A DNA stretch of 63,826 bases, the filler included, from Bradymonadales bacterium (lineage in GTDB: Bacteria; Bdellovibrionota; UBA2394): assembly GCA_007693605.1 (NCBI GenBank). It is 6 parts of 5 records of this genome, joined end to end, with 100 filler letters (N's around TTAATTAATTAA, not from the genome) between each part and the next. Parts side by side here need not be neighbours in the genome. Positions count along the whole stretch, not along the records: positions 54,453 to 61,073 come from REDG01000033.1; positions 61,174 to 63,826 come from REDG01000001.1; 4 more parts are not named here. One strand, 5' to 3'. Shown piece after piece: positions 54,353-63,826 of the stretch. The position numbers were made by a program, and so were the translations under genes. The notes below the pieces were generated by a model, which ran no database searches, was not told the origin of the DNA, and worked only from the letters and a program-made list of their open reading frames with translations. The stretch's first letter is position 1. Each line of letters opens with the position of its first letter.

Positions 54353-54452
54353 NNNNNNNNNNNNNNNNNNNNNNNNNNNNNNNNNNNNNNNNNNNNTTAA
54401 TTAATTAANNNNNNNNNNNNNNNNNNNNNNNNNNNNNNNNNNNNNNNNNNNN
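54353..54452. other. Artificial contig spacer
   Basis: N-run/TTAATTAATTAA/N-run. Confidence 0.97.
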
Positions 54453-54638
54453 ACCTTCTGCTTCTCACGCAGTGTTCCAATGTCAACGCGTTAGCTAACT
54501 AGCCCAGATCATTCTTGGCCTAAATTCGCAAGGTGAAGCCTGTAAAGGGCAGTGGGTTTCAAAAGACTAGCCTTCCTATTTACCCAGCTAAATTCTCTCC
54601 TTTATCTTGTGAGTGAACTGGTTCAGCATGCGTGTGAT

Positions 54639-55484
54639 ATGCTTCGATATCGTGCCGATATTCGCTCCTTAGTTTATGGGGCCGCTTGTCTTGTTTTGTT
54701 CATTCTAAACTTTCGTCATGGGGGCATTCATCCCATCCTTTACCCTCTTCTTCTTTTCTTCTCCTTTTCCACAGCCATCATGGCTCACAACCACAACCAC
54801 CTCCCCATGTTTAAATCGAATGTCTTGAATGTGCTTTGGTCGCATTTCCTTTCATTCTTTTATGGCCATCCAGTCTCGGTTTGGGTGCCGGTTCACAACC
54901 GCAATCATCACACACACACGAACGCGCCAGGCGATTGGTCAGCGACCTACCAACACAGCAAGAAAAACAATCTATTATCCCTTGTAAGCTACAACTGGGT
55001 TGCAGGCGCTGTTGAATTCAAAGGGGCTCTCCGTTACTTTGCAGGCTTGAGGCTGAAGAATCCAAAGGCCTTTGCTCTGGTTTGCCTGGAATACATTGTT
55101 TGGGCGGGTCTTATTCTTGGCTTTCTTCTCTATGACTGGAGAAAGGCGCTCCTGTACCTGATTATCCCAGGGCAACTGACAGTTTTTAGCATTCATGTCT
55201 TCAACTACCTTCAGCATGTCGATACCGACTATAAAAGTGAGTGGGATCACTCACGAAATTTTTTAGGAAAGTGGGCCAATCGAATTCTGTTTAATAACGG
55301 ATATCATACGCAGCATCACACAACACCGATGATGCACTGGAGTCGACTACCAGAGGCGCATCAAAAGATTCATTATCAAATCGATCCTAGACTGAATGAG
55401 AGAGATCCGATTTCTTTCTGCTTTCGCACCTATATTCTAGGAAAGAAGAGAAAGCCCCTCAAGCCTATAGAAATCACGGCCTAA
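54639..55484 (+). CDS. Membrane fatty acid desaturase family protein
   Basis: Three His boxes HNHNH, HNRNHH and FNNGYHTQHH, plus NYLQH. Confidence 0.88.
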   Translation: MLRYRADIRSLVYGAACLVLFILNFRHGGIHPILYPLLLFFSFSTAIMAHNHNHLPMFKSNVLNVLWSHFLSFFYGHPVSVWVPVHNRNHHTHTNAPGDWSATYQHSKKNNLLSLVSYNWVAGAVEFKGALRYFAGLRLKNPKAFALVCLEYIVWAGLILGFLLYDWRKALLYLIIPGQLTVFSIHVFNYLQHVDTDYKSEWDHSRNFLGKWANRILFNNGYHTQHHTTPMMHWSRLPEAHQKIHYQIDPRLNERDPISFCFRTYILGKKRKPLKPIEITA

Positions 55485-55664
55485 ATCTTCAGTGGCAGGC
55501 TAAGGCGCTAAGGCTTTGAAGGGTCCAGATCGAATCTCGTATCTTCTTTAGGCTCAGTCTACTGACTGGGCGATGCTGAGGGCGGTGGTCGGTACAGCCA
55601 TCAAACTTCTAGGCAGCCCCCGCCCCACGGGCCAAGGGCAACTTGATAAGAGAGCTAACTGACT

Positions 55665-56276
55665 CTAGAAGGTGTAGCCAAACTGAAGATTACCAGCAGG
55701 AAACACCCCATCAAAGGCTTCTGTGTCTTCAAAGTCGTTGCTGACATCGCCCCAATAGTAACCAAGACCCAATCCGATGTTGAGATTGAAGCCAGCGTCC
55801 CAGACCCAACCCCAACCAGCAACCAATTGTGGGCCGCCCACAACTCCTTTGAGAGTGCCTGAGCCGATAGTTCTCCTTTGGCTCAAATAGAGAAATTGAG
55901 CTCCTGGTTCTAAGTAAAAACCATCGTAAACTTTTTTGAAGAAAATCGAGGTCGAAACGGTGAGCCCGCCGCCAATTACATTCGGGTTTGAGTTCCAAAA
56001 ATAGATAAAGGTTGGCGAAGCGTTCACTTTAAAGTTTTGGTGGAAGGCATAGGACCCCCCAATATTGAAATTTCCGAAGAAATAACCGAAGGGGTTCGTC
56101 CACACATTCCACCTCTTGTAATCGTAAGAGTAGCGGTGTTTTTCCCCCACGGGTACGAGCTGTCGCCCAGATTCAACCGGGACTGTTGAGTACTGCTCCT
56201 CTCGATCTTGTCCACTTACCAAAGAGCTTGCCAAGACCGTCACTAAAAAGACAAATTTCATCGCTAGATTGTTCAT
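55665..56276 (-). CDS. Small outer-membrane beta-barrel (DUF3575-like)
   Basis: Signal peptide, alternating aromatic strands (GFYLEP, GWGWVW), C-terminal QFGYTF. Confidence 0.75.
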   Translation of the reverse strand: MNNLAMKFVFLVTVLASSLVSGQDREEQYSTVPVESGRQLVPVGEKHRYSYDYKRWNVWTNPFGYFFGNFNIGGSYAFHQNFKVNASPTFIYFWNSNPNVIGGGLTVSTSIFFKKVYDGFYLEPGAQFLYLSQRRTIGSGTLKGVVGGPQLVAGWGWVWDAGFNLNIGLGLGYYWGDVSNDFEDTEAFDGVFPAGNLQFGYTF

Positions 56277-56403
56277 CCGGACTAATTGCCTCAGAACGGC
56301 TGGGCTTGCAAGTGATTTGCAAGGCTATTTTAGCGAGGAATTGAGCCGACTTGCTTATGAAGCAGGCCTTGATAAGCCCGAGCCAGAAAGCTAAGCTTTC
56401 AAG

Positions 56404-56856
56404 ATGGATTTTTGGATTCTCTATACCAGCCTTGCAAAGTCGGACCTGTCGGAGGCTGATTTGAAGAGCATTCTTGAAGAGGCTCGAAGCACCAACCAGA
56501 AACTAGAGATTACGGGGATTTTGTTAAAGAGAAATGGATACTTCATTCAGCTCTTGGAGGGGCCCGTCAGTCATGTGAAGAAGGTCTACGCCAAGATTAT
56601 TGCTGACAAGAGGCACTCGAACATTCAGTTGCTCTTAGAGTCAGCCGCTCCTCAACGAATTTTTCCGGGTTGGCATATGGGTTTCGTCGATGCGGCAAAC
56701 ACGGACACAGACCTCTTGGTCAGTGTCAAGTCGGCCATGGAGAGCATGGGGGATCTGAAAGAACGCGTTTTGTCAGCCCTTCAAGTTTTCAGTGATGTGG
56801 GGCTCCCCCCAACTCATCCTCAGAAAACGGCTTCTTCCGCAGACTCCGGAAGATAA
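56404..56856 (+). CDS. BLUF blue-light sensor protein
   Basis: LYTS...ARSTN...ITGIL...FIQLLEG...DKRH...FPGWHM, with Tyr, Gln, Trp and Met retained. Confidence 0.9.
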   Translation: MDFWILYTSLAKSDLSEADLKSILEEARSTNQKLEITGILLKRNGYFIQLLEGPVSHVKKVYAKIIADKRHSNIQLLLESAAPQRIFPGWHMGFVDAANTDTDLLVSVKSAMESMGDLKERVLSALQVFSDVGLPPTHPQKTASSADSGR

Positions 56857-56859
56857 AGT

Positions 56860-57333
56860 ATGAGCTGTGACATGAAAGCCTCATGGAAAGATTTTGTGAA
56901 GCCGAGTGAGGCCGAATTGCGTCGAAGCTTGAGTTCATCTTGTTTTGCTGTCACACAGGAAGACTCGACAGAGAAGGCTTTTCAGAATGAGTTTTGGGAT
57001 CACAAAGAAGATGGGATTTATGTCGATGCGGTCTCTAAAGAACCTCTCTTTTGTTCGGTCCATAAGTTTGATTCTGGTTCGGGCTGGCCGTCTTTCACTC
57101 AAGCCATTGAACCAGATCGAATCCGAGAAAAGGTCGATCTGAGTTCGGGGATGCGCCGAGTGGAAGTTCGATCTTCGTTGGCGGACTCTCATTTAGGTCA
57201 TATGTTTGAAGACGGGCCTCCGCCGACCGGCCGTCGTTACTGCATCAACAGTGCTGCTCTTCTCTTTGTCCCCAAAGAAAAAATGGAAGACGAGGGCTAC
57301 GGAGAATATCTCTCTTTGTTTCAGGGCACTTAG
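56860..57333 (+). CDS. msrB: Peptide methionine-R-sulfoxide reductase (Zn-free type)
   Basis: [17 protein letters not shown]...[20 protein letters not shown]. Confidence 0.95.
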   Translation: MSCDMKASWKDFVKPSEAELRRSLSSSCFAVTQEDSTEKAFQNEFWDHKEDGIYVDAVSKEPLFCSVHKFDSGSGWPSFTQAIEPDRIREKVDLSSGMRRVEVRSSLADSHLGHMFEDGPPPTGRRYCINSAALLFVPKEKMEDEGYGEYLSLFQGT

Positions 57334-57458
57334 TCAGGGCGATTTCTTCTTTGGAGCGTTGCATCCAGACATGCCAAACAATTCTGTTGTATTTTTTTTC
57401 AGAAAGCTCGTAAAATGAGGTCTTCATTTCTAATTTGTTTTTTTTGAGGAGGGGTTTC

Positions 57459-58622
57459 ATGAAGATTAAAGTTTCTTTCTTGCTAGTATTGATGTTCGGC
57501 CTGGTGGCCTGTAGTGGGGCTGATCGGACCTATCAGGGGCCCGGATCTCGTTGGACCGTGGTCATTCAAGGGGAAAATTTCACAATGCGTGAATTTGAGA
57601 CGAGCTCGTCTACTGAGCCTCGGCTTGTGATTCAGGGAACTACGACTTTAAACGAAACGAACCGCTTTAGAAGTTTTACAGTAACGAGTGCTGAAGGCGA
57701 AAATGGTCCAGAGACTAGCGATACGGCATTTGGACTCGAGCTTGAGGGCACTGCTTTATTTGTCATCCCCTTTGGCTCTTCGACTCCTCTGGTGATGACC
57801 GGTGCTGGCGCCTGCCCCAACGGAAGCTTTGCGGCAAATTGGGTGGTTACAAAGCCCAGACTGGATGACGGCGACTTTGACGAAGAAAATTTTAATGGCG
57901 ACGGTGTAGGCACCGCCGTTTACACTCCAGGAGATAGGAATACAGAGAACTTTCTTGTGCGCTCAGCGGGTATCGTGGACGGGGTTCTTCAAGCTGCGGA
58001 AGAGGGACAGCCGTTTAGACCTTCTGAGGATGAAGAAGACGAGAATCCTGGTTTTTCCATGAGCAATTGTAACGCTGGCCTCTTGTCTGTTGCGGTGGCA
58101 GGTGAAGAAGAGGGCGAGGACGAGATATTTGATATGTACTTCACCTCGACAGGCAACATCGTTGTGAAGTTTCCAGAGTCAGAGAATTCTTCTGATCAGA
58201 TCATCTTTGGAATTCCTCGAGCCGCCAGCCCCATTACGGCCGCCAATCTAGAGGGGACCTACTCTGTTCTTGTTTATCAAGGTGGGGCAGCAGCCGATCT
58301 TTCTTTGGCGACTCTTGAGCCGGGAGTTTTAAGCTTTGACGACAGCGGCGACGGAAGTCTTCGACTTCTGACCGATATTGAAGAGAATACAGCGGCTGCT
58401 GAAGATCTTGGCGCCTTGAATGATTTAACTGTGACTGATGACAATGAGGCCGCATTGCCGAATGGAACGCTACGCTTTACTTTGGCCGGAGGCGACTTGG
58501 TTGAGGGGCAAATCTCCTGCTCACTGAATCCGGCAGCAACCCCAAGGGCGATTGCTTGCTATGGCTTTACCGGCACTGCGCCGAATCGAGAGCCCATTAC
58601 TATTTTGGGTCACTCGCGCTAG
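57459..58622 (+). CDS. Acidic beta-rich lipoprotein
   Basis: MKIKVSFLLVLMFGLVA-C lipobox; RBS GAGGAGG. Confidence 0.75.
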   Translation: MKIKVSFLLVLMFGLVACSGADRTYQGPGSRWTVVIQGENFTMREFETSSSTEPRLVIQGTTTLNETNRFRSFTVTSAEGENGPETSDTAFGLELEGTALFVIPFGSSTPLVMTGAGACPNGSFAANWVVTKPRLDDGDFDEENFNGDGVGTAVYTPGDRNTENFLVRSAGIVDGVLQAAEEGQPFRPSEDEEDENPGFSMSNCNAGLLSVAVAGEEEGEDEIFDMYFTSTGNIVVKFPESENSSDQIIFGIPRAASPITAANLEGTYSVLVYQGGAAADLSLATLEPGVLSFDDSGDGSLRLLTDIEENTAAAEDLGALNDLTVTDDNEAALPNGTLRFTLAGGDLVEGQISCSLNPAATPRAIACYGFTGTAPNREPITILGHSR

Positions 58623-58668
58623 GAGATTGAGCGGAGAGCTCATCAAAGCAAGGAGTAAGTTTCGAGAT

Positions 58669-58719
58669 GGGCTCCAGGGCGGACTAAGGGAGTTTTTCTC
58701 TCAGTTCGCGATGGAGCCC
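58669..58719. terminator. Long imperfect hairpin between convergent genes
   Basis: GGGCTCCA...GCGGACT...AGTTCGC...TGGAGCCC. Confidence 0.45.
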
Positions 58720-58806
58720 TGACCAAGAGGGACTGAATGTTTTCCTCTATTTCACTAAGAGGTCAAATGAGTTCGAGTAGTGAAAGCTAGCCGCCTGGGC
58801 GAGCCA

Positions 58807-61008
58807 TCAAAACACTGTAGGCGTTTCTCCAGGCTTCTCTCTGCCCCACAATCCTTCTATGGCGGCGGCACAGCGACCGGGAAAGCGGAGGTCCCCTCTT
58901 CGGCTCTGTAATGCTTGTACGACATTAGCTAGCCTGTGGTCTCCGTTCACTTGTCTTCGAATCTCTTCCCGCTCAAGCTTCAAAATCAGTCTGTTGCTGA
59001 AGTTGTGCAATAGGGCCGAGTCGGGCTCAGGGGCCTTTGAGAGGTCGAAATCCCCACGATAAGGAAGAAAGCCTGCCGTCAAGCCGGGATCTCTCCTGCG
59101 TAGTTCAGTTCGGATCGTTTCTAGAATCAGCAAGGGCGTTACTTGCCTGCCTTCCATTTTGAAGTCTTCTTTCAGGCTTTGCAGTCGGCTGCTCAGCTTG
59201 ACTAAATTCTCGCCAGTCAATTGCGCAAAGCTGCCCGCTCCAACCAACAAGATCTCCATATAGTTCAGCGTCGCCTCCACCAGATCTTCAGAAAACTCTT
59301 CCTCCTGTTCCACCCTCGAAGTGAAGAACTGATAAAAGAGGTCGCGCCTATTCAGTAAATTGAAAATCTCCGAAAGGCTAGAGGGGTGCGCTTTCCAAAT
59401 CGAATGAAGGGCGTTCACCAGTGCGGGCTGGACTCGATGCAGTCCTTTTCCATCGTTCAGGCCCTCTAGGTCCTTAAGCAGTTTATAAATCGTTCCAGAA
59501 AACAAAGGCTCCGTATGCTCAAAACCAATCGGATCTAGCTCGCGAGTCGTTTTCAATCGTTCGACAGCAAACTGAATCAGCTCTGCCAAGGTATTTTGAA
59601 GGTTCTTGTCTGAAATTCCTACGGAATCCTGCGAGTTCATGTCTGTCCAAAGGGCCTGCCTGATCTTCGCGATCAGCGCTCCAAAAATTAGACTTCCCAG
59701 GGTCTCATGCAGATCTTCATGAACGACCTCGAAACAATCTGGGAGCGCGTTTTCTAGCAATCTAATCAACTTAGAAAAATCATCGGGTTTTTGAAGAGAG
59801 CTGAGTTCAAGATAGTAAAAGAGATTCGCCAGTTGCAGAAAGGCCTCTTCTTCTGAAATCTCTTCAGGAAATATCTGTCCTGAAAAAACCTCATCCCAAG
59901 AGTCCCTTCGGATGCCAAAGTCCTCCTGAATTACAGCGGACTTGATGGTCTCGAGATAGGCCTCCGGCTGGTAGTCGAACAAGATTTTAGTTTTATCGAG
60001 CAACAAGAGAAAATATTTACTTGGGGGTCTTCGTGACAGCTCTTTCATAAAGACCTCAAAAAAACTAAACTGAAGCTGATCCCAGTCTGTAGGGCTAGGC
60101 AAGCTCGGCCCCTCCCCAACTTGCATGAGGCGTTGAAAATGCTCAAAAATCGCAACAATGCTCTTCTCAAAGTCATCTGACCCCCTTGATCGCAAAAACT
60201 TCTCGACAGTATTCAAGACCGTCTCCACGGGCGGACGGGGCTCAGGTAAAGGCTTCGTTGCAAGTCGGTGAAGACTTGGGGGGAGCAAATCAAGCCTTGG
60301 ATCGGCAGAGCCTGGAGGCTTCAAACTAAGGGGATCCCACGAGAGATCGATGTTCAGGCCCTCAGACAATGGCGCCTCAGTAGAAGCCACTTGCACGCCC
60401 TGCCAGAATTGCACGGCCAAGTCGGCCAATTCGCGGGCCGCAGATTCGGTGTTGTTTGTTTGGTCGATCCCGTCAAAGTGAAACGGCACCCTCCTGTTCC
60501 GCCCCGCCTCGACAAGTGCCATAAAAAGACGATTGACCCAAATTCTTTTGGCGGCCTTGCGAGCTTCGGAATGCCTTGGGAATGCATCAAGTCCCAGCAA
60601 GACCTTTTCTCTGAGATGAATCAGTTTCATCACATCCAACTTCTTCTGCAGCAAAGCAAGCTCTGACATCTCCACAAAGTCCCTTAAGGAACGAATATAC
60701 CAAAGCGCCATTTCTTCTGTGGGAAACAGATCCCTGTTACCGTTAGAATGCAGCCAGAAATGATAGCTTCTGACTAGGTACTGAATTAGCTGTTCTGGCG
60801 CATAGAAGTGCCCAATAAGAGAAACCACACCGCCCTGGATGGACTGATGGAGTTCCTCTAGACTACTTGGGATGTCTTCAAGCGCGTGCTCTGCCTCTTG
60901 GATCAGATGAGGATGTAAACTCTTAAGTTCCGCCTCGGCTGAAGACACAACGAGGTCGCACGAAATCAAGCAGAAAAAGCTCAAACGAGTAAGCAAAGAT
61001 CGAAGCAC
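58807..61008 (-). CDS. Large hypothetical alpha-helical exported protein
   Basis: 733-aa Leu/Glu-rich ORF with signal-like N-terminus; no family recognised. Confidence 0.7.
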   Translation of the reverse strand: MLRSLLTRLSFFCLISCDLVVSSAEAELKSLHPHLIQEAEHALEDIPSSLEELHQSIQGGVVSLIGHFYAPEQLIQYLVRSYHFWLHSNGNRDLFPTEEMALWYIRSLRDFVEMSELALLQKKLDVMKLIHLREKVLLGLDAFPRHSEARKAAKRIWVNRLFMALVEAGRNRRVPFHFDGIDQTNNTESAARELADLAVQFWQGVQVASTEAPLSEGLNIDLSWDPLSLKPPGSADPRLDLLPPSLHRLATKPLPEPRPPVETVLNTVEKFLRSRGSDDFEKSIVAIFEHFQRLMQVGEGPSLPSPTDWDQLQFSFFEVFMKELSRRPPSKYFLLLLDKTKILFDYQPEAYLETIKSAVIQEDFGIRRDSWDEVFSGQIFPEEISEEEAFLQLANLFYYLELSSLQKPDDFSKLIRLLENALPDCFEVVHEDLHETLGSLIFGALIAKIRQALWTDMNSQDSVGISDKNLQNTLAELIQFAVERLKTTRELDPIGFEHTEPLFSGTIYKLLKDLEGLNDGKGLHRVQPALVNALHSIWKAHPSSLSEIFNLLNRRDLFYQFFTSRVEQEEEFSEDLVEATLNYMEILLVGAGSFAQLTGENLVKLSSRLQSLKEDFKMEGRQVTPLLILETIRTELRRRDPGLTAGFLPYRGDFDLSKAPEPDSALLHNFSNRLILKLEREEIRRQVNGDHRLANVVQALQSRRGDLRFPGRCAAAIEGLWGREKPGETPTVF

Positions 61009-61073
61009 TTAAATCAACTTGGAGTGCGGTCGAAAAATTGGAGTTGAAGTCACTTAGTTTTATTGATCTCGGA

Positions 61074-61173
61074 NNNNNNNNNNNNNNNNNNNNNNNNNNN
61101 NNNNNNNNNNNNNNNNNTTAATTAATTAANNNNNNNNNNNNNNNNNNNNNNNNNNNNNNNNNNNNNNNNNNNN
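61074..61173. other. Artificial contig spacer
   Basis: N-run/TTAATTAATTAA/N-run. Confidence 0.97.
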
Positions 61174-61356
61174 GGGGGCAGTCAGGTCTCTTTCGTTTGT
61201 TCCGCTCACAAGCTATATATTCTAGGACTATTTTCACGATGAAAAGCCAAAAAGAGATAAAGCGAGAAGATTTAACGGACGAGGAGTTTGAGCGAGTGGT
61301 TGATTATTTCAAATCCTTCTTCGCTGGAAGCGAGAGCTTGAAGGTACAGCGGTACC

Positions 61357-63483
61357 TCAGGCCGACCGAGAAAACGGGAAATCTTTGCCCACTCGGACGA
61401 CGTAGTCGGGACACTTGATTCGATAGTCTGACGAGGCAAGGTAAAGTTTTTGATAGCCGAGCTTATAGAGCTTTTTGCATACGTCCACGCCAGAACGTCC
61501 TTCCGCCAAGTGGCCATCGACATAGATTTCCGCGTCCTTTGAGATGCGATTGAATGGGATTTCTGTCTCTGACTCAGCGGAGTAAAACTCGATTCCCATT
61601 TCTGCCGCCTGAAGAGCCCAAGCTTTTTGAACGCTCTTGTCGTCTTCGATGAGCACCATTTGGCGAAAACCCTCAGGGAGTTCTCGTCTTAGGCGTATAG
61701 GAATGCGCAAACTCACTTTGGTTCCGGTGGGGAATGCGGAGGCTAAGCTCAGCCGGCCTCCAATGCTCTCTAATGAACTTCGCGCATGCTTTAGGCCGAA
61801 CCCATGTCCTGCTTTTTTGTAAGTCCCACCGCTTGAGAGAAGTTTTGGAACAAGCTCACTGGGAATCCCACGTCCATTATCGATTACCTCAATTCGGACA
61901 GACTCGGTTCGAGTGGAAAGCTTTCCGATAACTTGTACTTCAGCTGAAGGCAGGTCATCACAAGATTCAACGGCATTGTTAATCAGATTTGAAAGAACTC
62001 GTGCTAGTTCAGTTTCGGACAGCGGGATCGCGAGTCCCCCTAGTTCCGGGTCTAACTCGACGGAAATCAAAACATTCACTCTTGGTGCAAACTCCAGCCT
62101 TTTTTCGTCGACGATGCGATGGATGCTCGATGCCAAATCTTCGATAGGGCGTATCTCGTGCTCCCTCTCCCCACGGTATCGTCGAAGGAGGGCGGAGGTC
62201 ATCTCTTGGAGCTTATTGGTCACGGCCTCCAAGATTTCTCGGTGTTCGTCTTTCAATCTGGGCTGAATCTCTTTGCCGAGCATTCTTAACGTTGAGACCG
62301 GCGATTGGACATCGTGAGAAACTTGAGCGGCTAAGCTCGAGAGCTCTTCTTCCTTCTTAAGGCGTTCGAGTTCAACCTGGTCTTTCTGATGCTTCTCTCT
62401 CTGCCGAAGCAGCTCATTAAAGCTTCGGGAAAGATCTGAGAGTTCATCGGAGCCGGACTCATCAAGAGGCTCAAGTCCGGAGTTATTGTTTAAGTTTGCT
62501 CCGACCTGACGATGAAGCATCTTCAGGCGAGTCACAAGCCGGGTGGAGATCAGTCTCGCCAGAACCAGACTGATCAAAACAGAAAATAGGCCCAAGATGC
62601 AAAGGACAACAAAGAGGCTGTTCTGAGCCTCGATGAGTGCGGCCTTTGAAACCTGCGTTCGAATTAGATAATCATAATGTCCATTTCTCACATCGCCAGA
62701 GGTTTTGCACTGACAGCAATCCCTATGATTAGACGCCGTCCACTGGCTATAAAGTAGAGCGTCATCTGTTTCGAGGAGGTCAAAATCCATTTGTGGAATT
62801 TCTTCCAGGCGGTCGCCAAGAAGTTCAACTTCTTTGGGACCGAATCGTCCTAAGAGACCTCCGCGGGGTGAGTAGATTTCAATGGCCTGAATATTCGGGT
62901 CCTGCTGTTGAAAGCGCTTCAAAGAGCTTGATAAGAAATCAACTCGAAGGCCCACGCTGATTAGTCTATCTCCAGCCGAGTTGGGAATGATTAAAAACTT
63001 AAAAGGATTGGGCTCTGGATGGGGTTGAATAATCGGGGTTGCATCAATAATCGCTCCGTGGGAGTTCAGCCGATTCTTATAGTCAGGACAAAAGGAAAAA
63101 AGGTTTGGGATCAAGCCAGGATCTTCATTTGTCGATCGAATAAACTGTCCCTCTTGATCAATGATAAAAATGTGAGTGACGCTTGTTTTCTGAGCTAGAG
63201 CCTTTAACTCGGCTGTGCTTAAGATGCCGTGCTCGTCCAGAGATCGCACCAAAAGAGCAGAGTTGAGCATGGTTCGTTCGGCGCTCTCTTCTGTTTCTCG
63301 AATGTTTTCACCGATGAGGGAAGAGAGGGACGAGTACCTATCCTGATACTCTTCTAGAATTCGACTAGAGAAAATTTTAGATGCTAAGAGCATCGAAACC
63401 ATTAAGATTCCAAGACAAGACAGAAAGATCGCCCAGAAGACCTTTCGAGAGAAGCCGATAAATTTTCTCTCTGAAGTGGTCAT
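61357..63483 (-). CDS. Membrane sensor histidine kinase with HAMP and C-terminal receiver-like domain
   Basis: Two TMs; DELSDLSRSFN (HAMP); VSHDVQSP; NLINNAVE; DNGRGI; GHGFGL; VLIEDD...IYVDGHL. Confidence 0.88.
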   Translation of the reverse strand: MTTSERKFIGFSRKVFWAIFLSCLGILMVSMLLASKIFSSRILEEYQDRYSSLSSLIGENIRETEESAERTMLNSALLVRSLDEHGILSTAELKALAQKTSVTHIFIIDQEGQFIRSTNEDPGLIPNLFSFCPDYKNRLNSHGAIIDATPIIQPHPEPNPFKFLIIPNSAGDRLISVGLRVDFLSSSLKRFQQQDPNIQAIEIYSPRGGLLGRFGPKEVELLGDRLEEIPQMDFDLLETDDALLYSQWTASNHRDCCQCKTSGDVRNGHYDYLIRTQVSKAALIEAQNSLFVVLCILGLFSVLISLVLARLISTRLVTRLKMLHRQVGANLNNNSGLEPLDESGSDELSDLSRSFNELLRQREKHQKDQVELERLKKEEELSSLAAQVSHDVQSPVSTLRMLGKEIQPRLKDEHREILEAVTNKLQEMTSALLRRYRGEREHEIRPIEDLASSIHRIVDEKRLEFAPRVNVLISVELDPELGGLAIPLSETELARVLSNLINNAVESCDDLPSAEVQVIGKLSTRTESVRIEVIDNGRGIPSELVPKLLSSGGTYKKAGHGFGLKHARSSLESIGGRLSLASAFPTGTKVSLRIPIRLRRELPEGFRQMVLIEDDKSVQKAWALQAAEMGIEFYSAESETEIPFNRISKDAEIYVDGHLAEGRSGVDVCKKLYKLGYQKLYLASSDYRIKCPDYVVRVGKDFPFSRSA

Positions 63484-63484
63484 C

Positions 63485-63769
63485 TTACTCCCTTGTGAGC
63501 TCCTCGATGATCTGTCTATGTCGGGGGTAAGCGCGGGTCAATTCTGCTCGATCAGCCAATACAAATGTAGAGAATTCAAATCCAGGTGTCATCGTGGTTC
63601 CCATTAGGGACCAGGAAGAGCTGGAACTTGGATTTTTAATACGCAAAGCCTGCCAGCTTCCGGCAGGAACCGTGTATTGGGGAACCTCACCCTTCAAGAA
63701 GTTGTTTCCAAGGCTGATGATTTGGAGTCTCCCTGCCGAGTCAATAATATGAAGATCGACGGCCTCTCC
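63485..63769 (-). pseudogene. Cupin_5 (DUF985)-like gene, 5' part missing
   Basis: Frame reads GEAVDLHIIDSAGRLQIISLGNNFLKGEVPQYTVPAGSWQA...MTPGFEFSTF. An in-frame TGA at 63770-63772 and unrelated sequence lie upstream. Confidence 0.7.
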
Positions 63770-63826
63770 TCAAGGGTAAGGCATTTAAACGCTATTTTTT
63801 GGAGTCGGTGGATGTAACGGGAGGTT

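Noticed and set aside
61239..61405. Small ORF MKSQKEIKREDLTDEEFERVVDYFK that would continue ILLRWKRELE after a one-base shift
   Set aside because: It looks helical and possibly frameshifted, but it is at a contig edge, overlaps the kinase end and cannot be tied to a family without a search.

Overview
This window is not one contiguous locus. It is six contig pieces joined by five artificial 100-bp spacers (N-runs around TTAATTAATTAA) at 2043-2142, 23372-23471, 51842-51941, 54353-54452 and 61074-61173, so adjacency across spacers carries no meaning. Gene content and order suggest a deltaproteobacteria-type genome, possibly a predator such as a Bdellovibrionota member (inference). Piece 1 is a toxin-antitoxin cluster (brnTA, a truncated higB, higA, fic) downstream of a tRNA 3'-end-like remnant. 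Piece 2 holds a partial uvrA and a ~20-kb single-strand Tad/Flp pilus locus: tadC, DUF192, three membrane-anchored FHA proteins, an orphan lipoprotein, two Flp pilins, TadE/TadG-like pilins, a 1025-aa pilin-tagged protein with ~5 Gly-zipper hydrophobic hairpin repeats, cpaB, a secretin, a fused CpaE-CpaF ATPase and tadB. It resembles the Tad-like contact-killing (Kil) machines of predatory bacteria and is the best candidate for an interesting system; the 1025-aa protein is a candidate pilus-delivered membrane-active effector. Piece 3 is mostly housekeeping: tRNA-Pro with antisense leader repeats, lysS-lolE-lolD-bamA-skp, a Kef antiporter, a kinase/diguanylate cyclase pair, a FleQ-like sigma54 activator, dcd, a Cys-type (System I*) ccm operon, nrnA, ppsR, glpD and maeB. 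Pieces 4-6 hold DoxX, a desaturase, a beta-barrel, BLUF-msrB, orphan exported proteins, a hybrid kinase and a truncated cupin. No CRISPR array or rRNA was seen. All calls come from motif recognition by eye; no searches were run.
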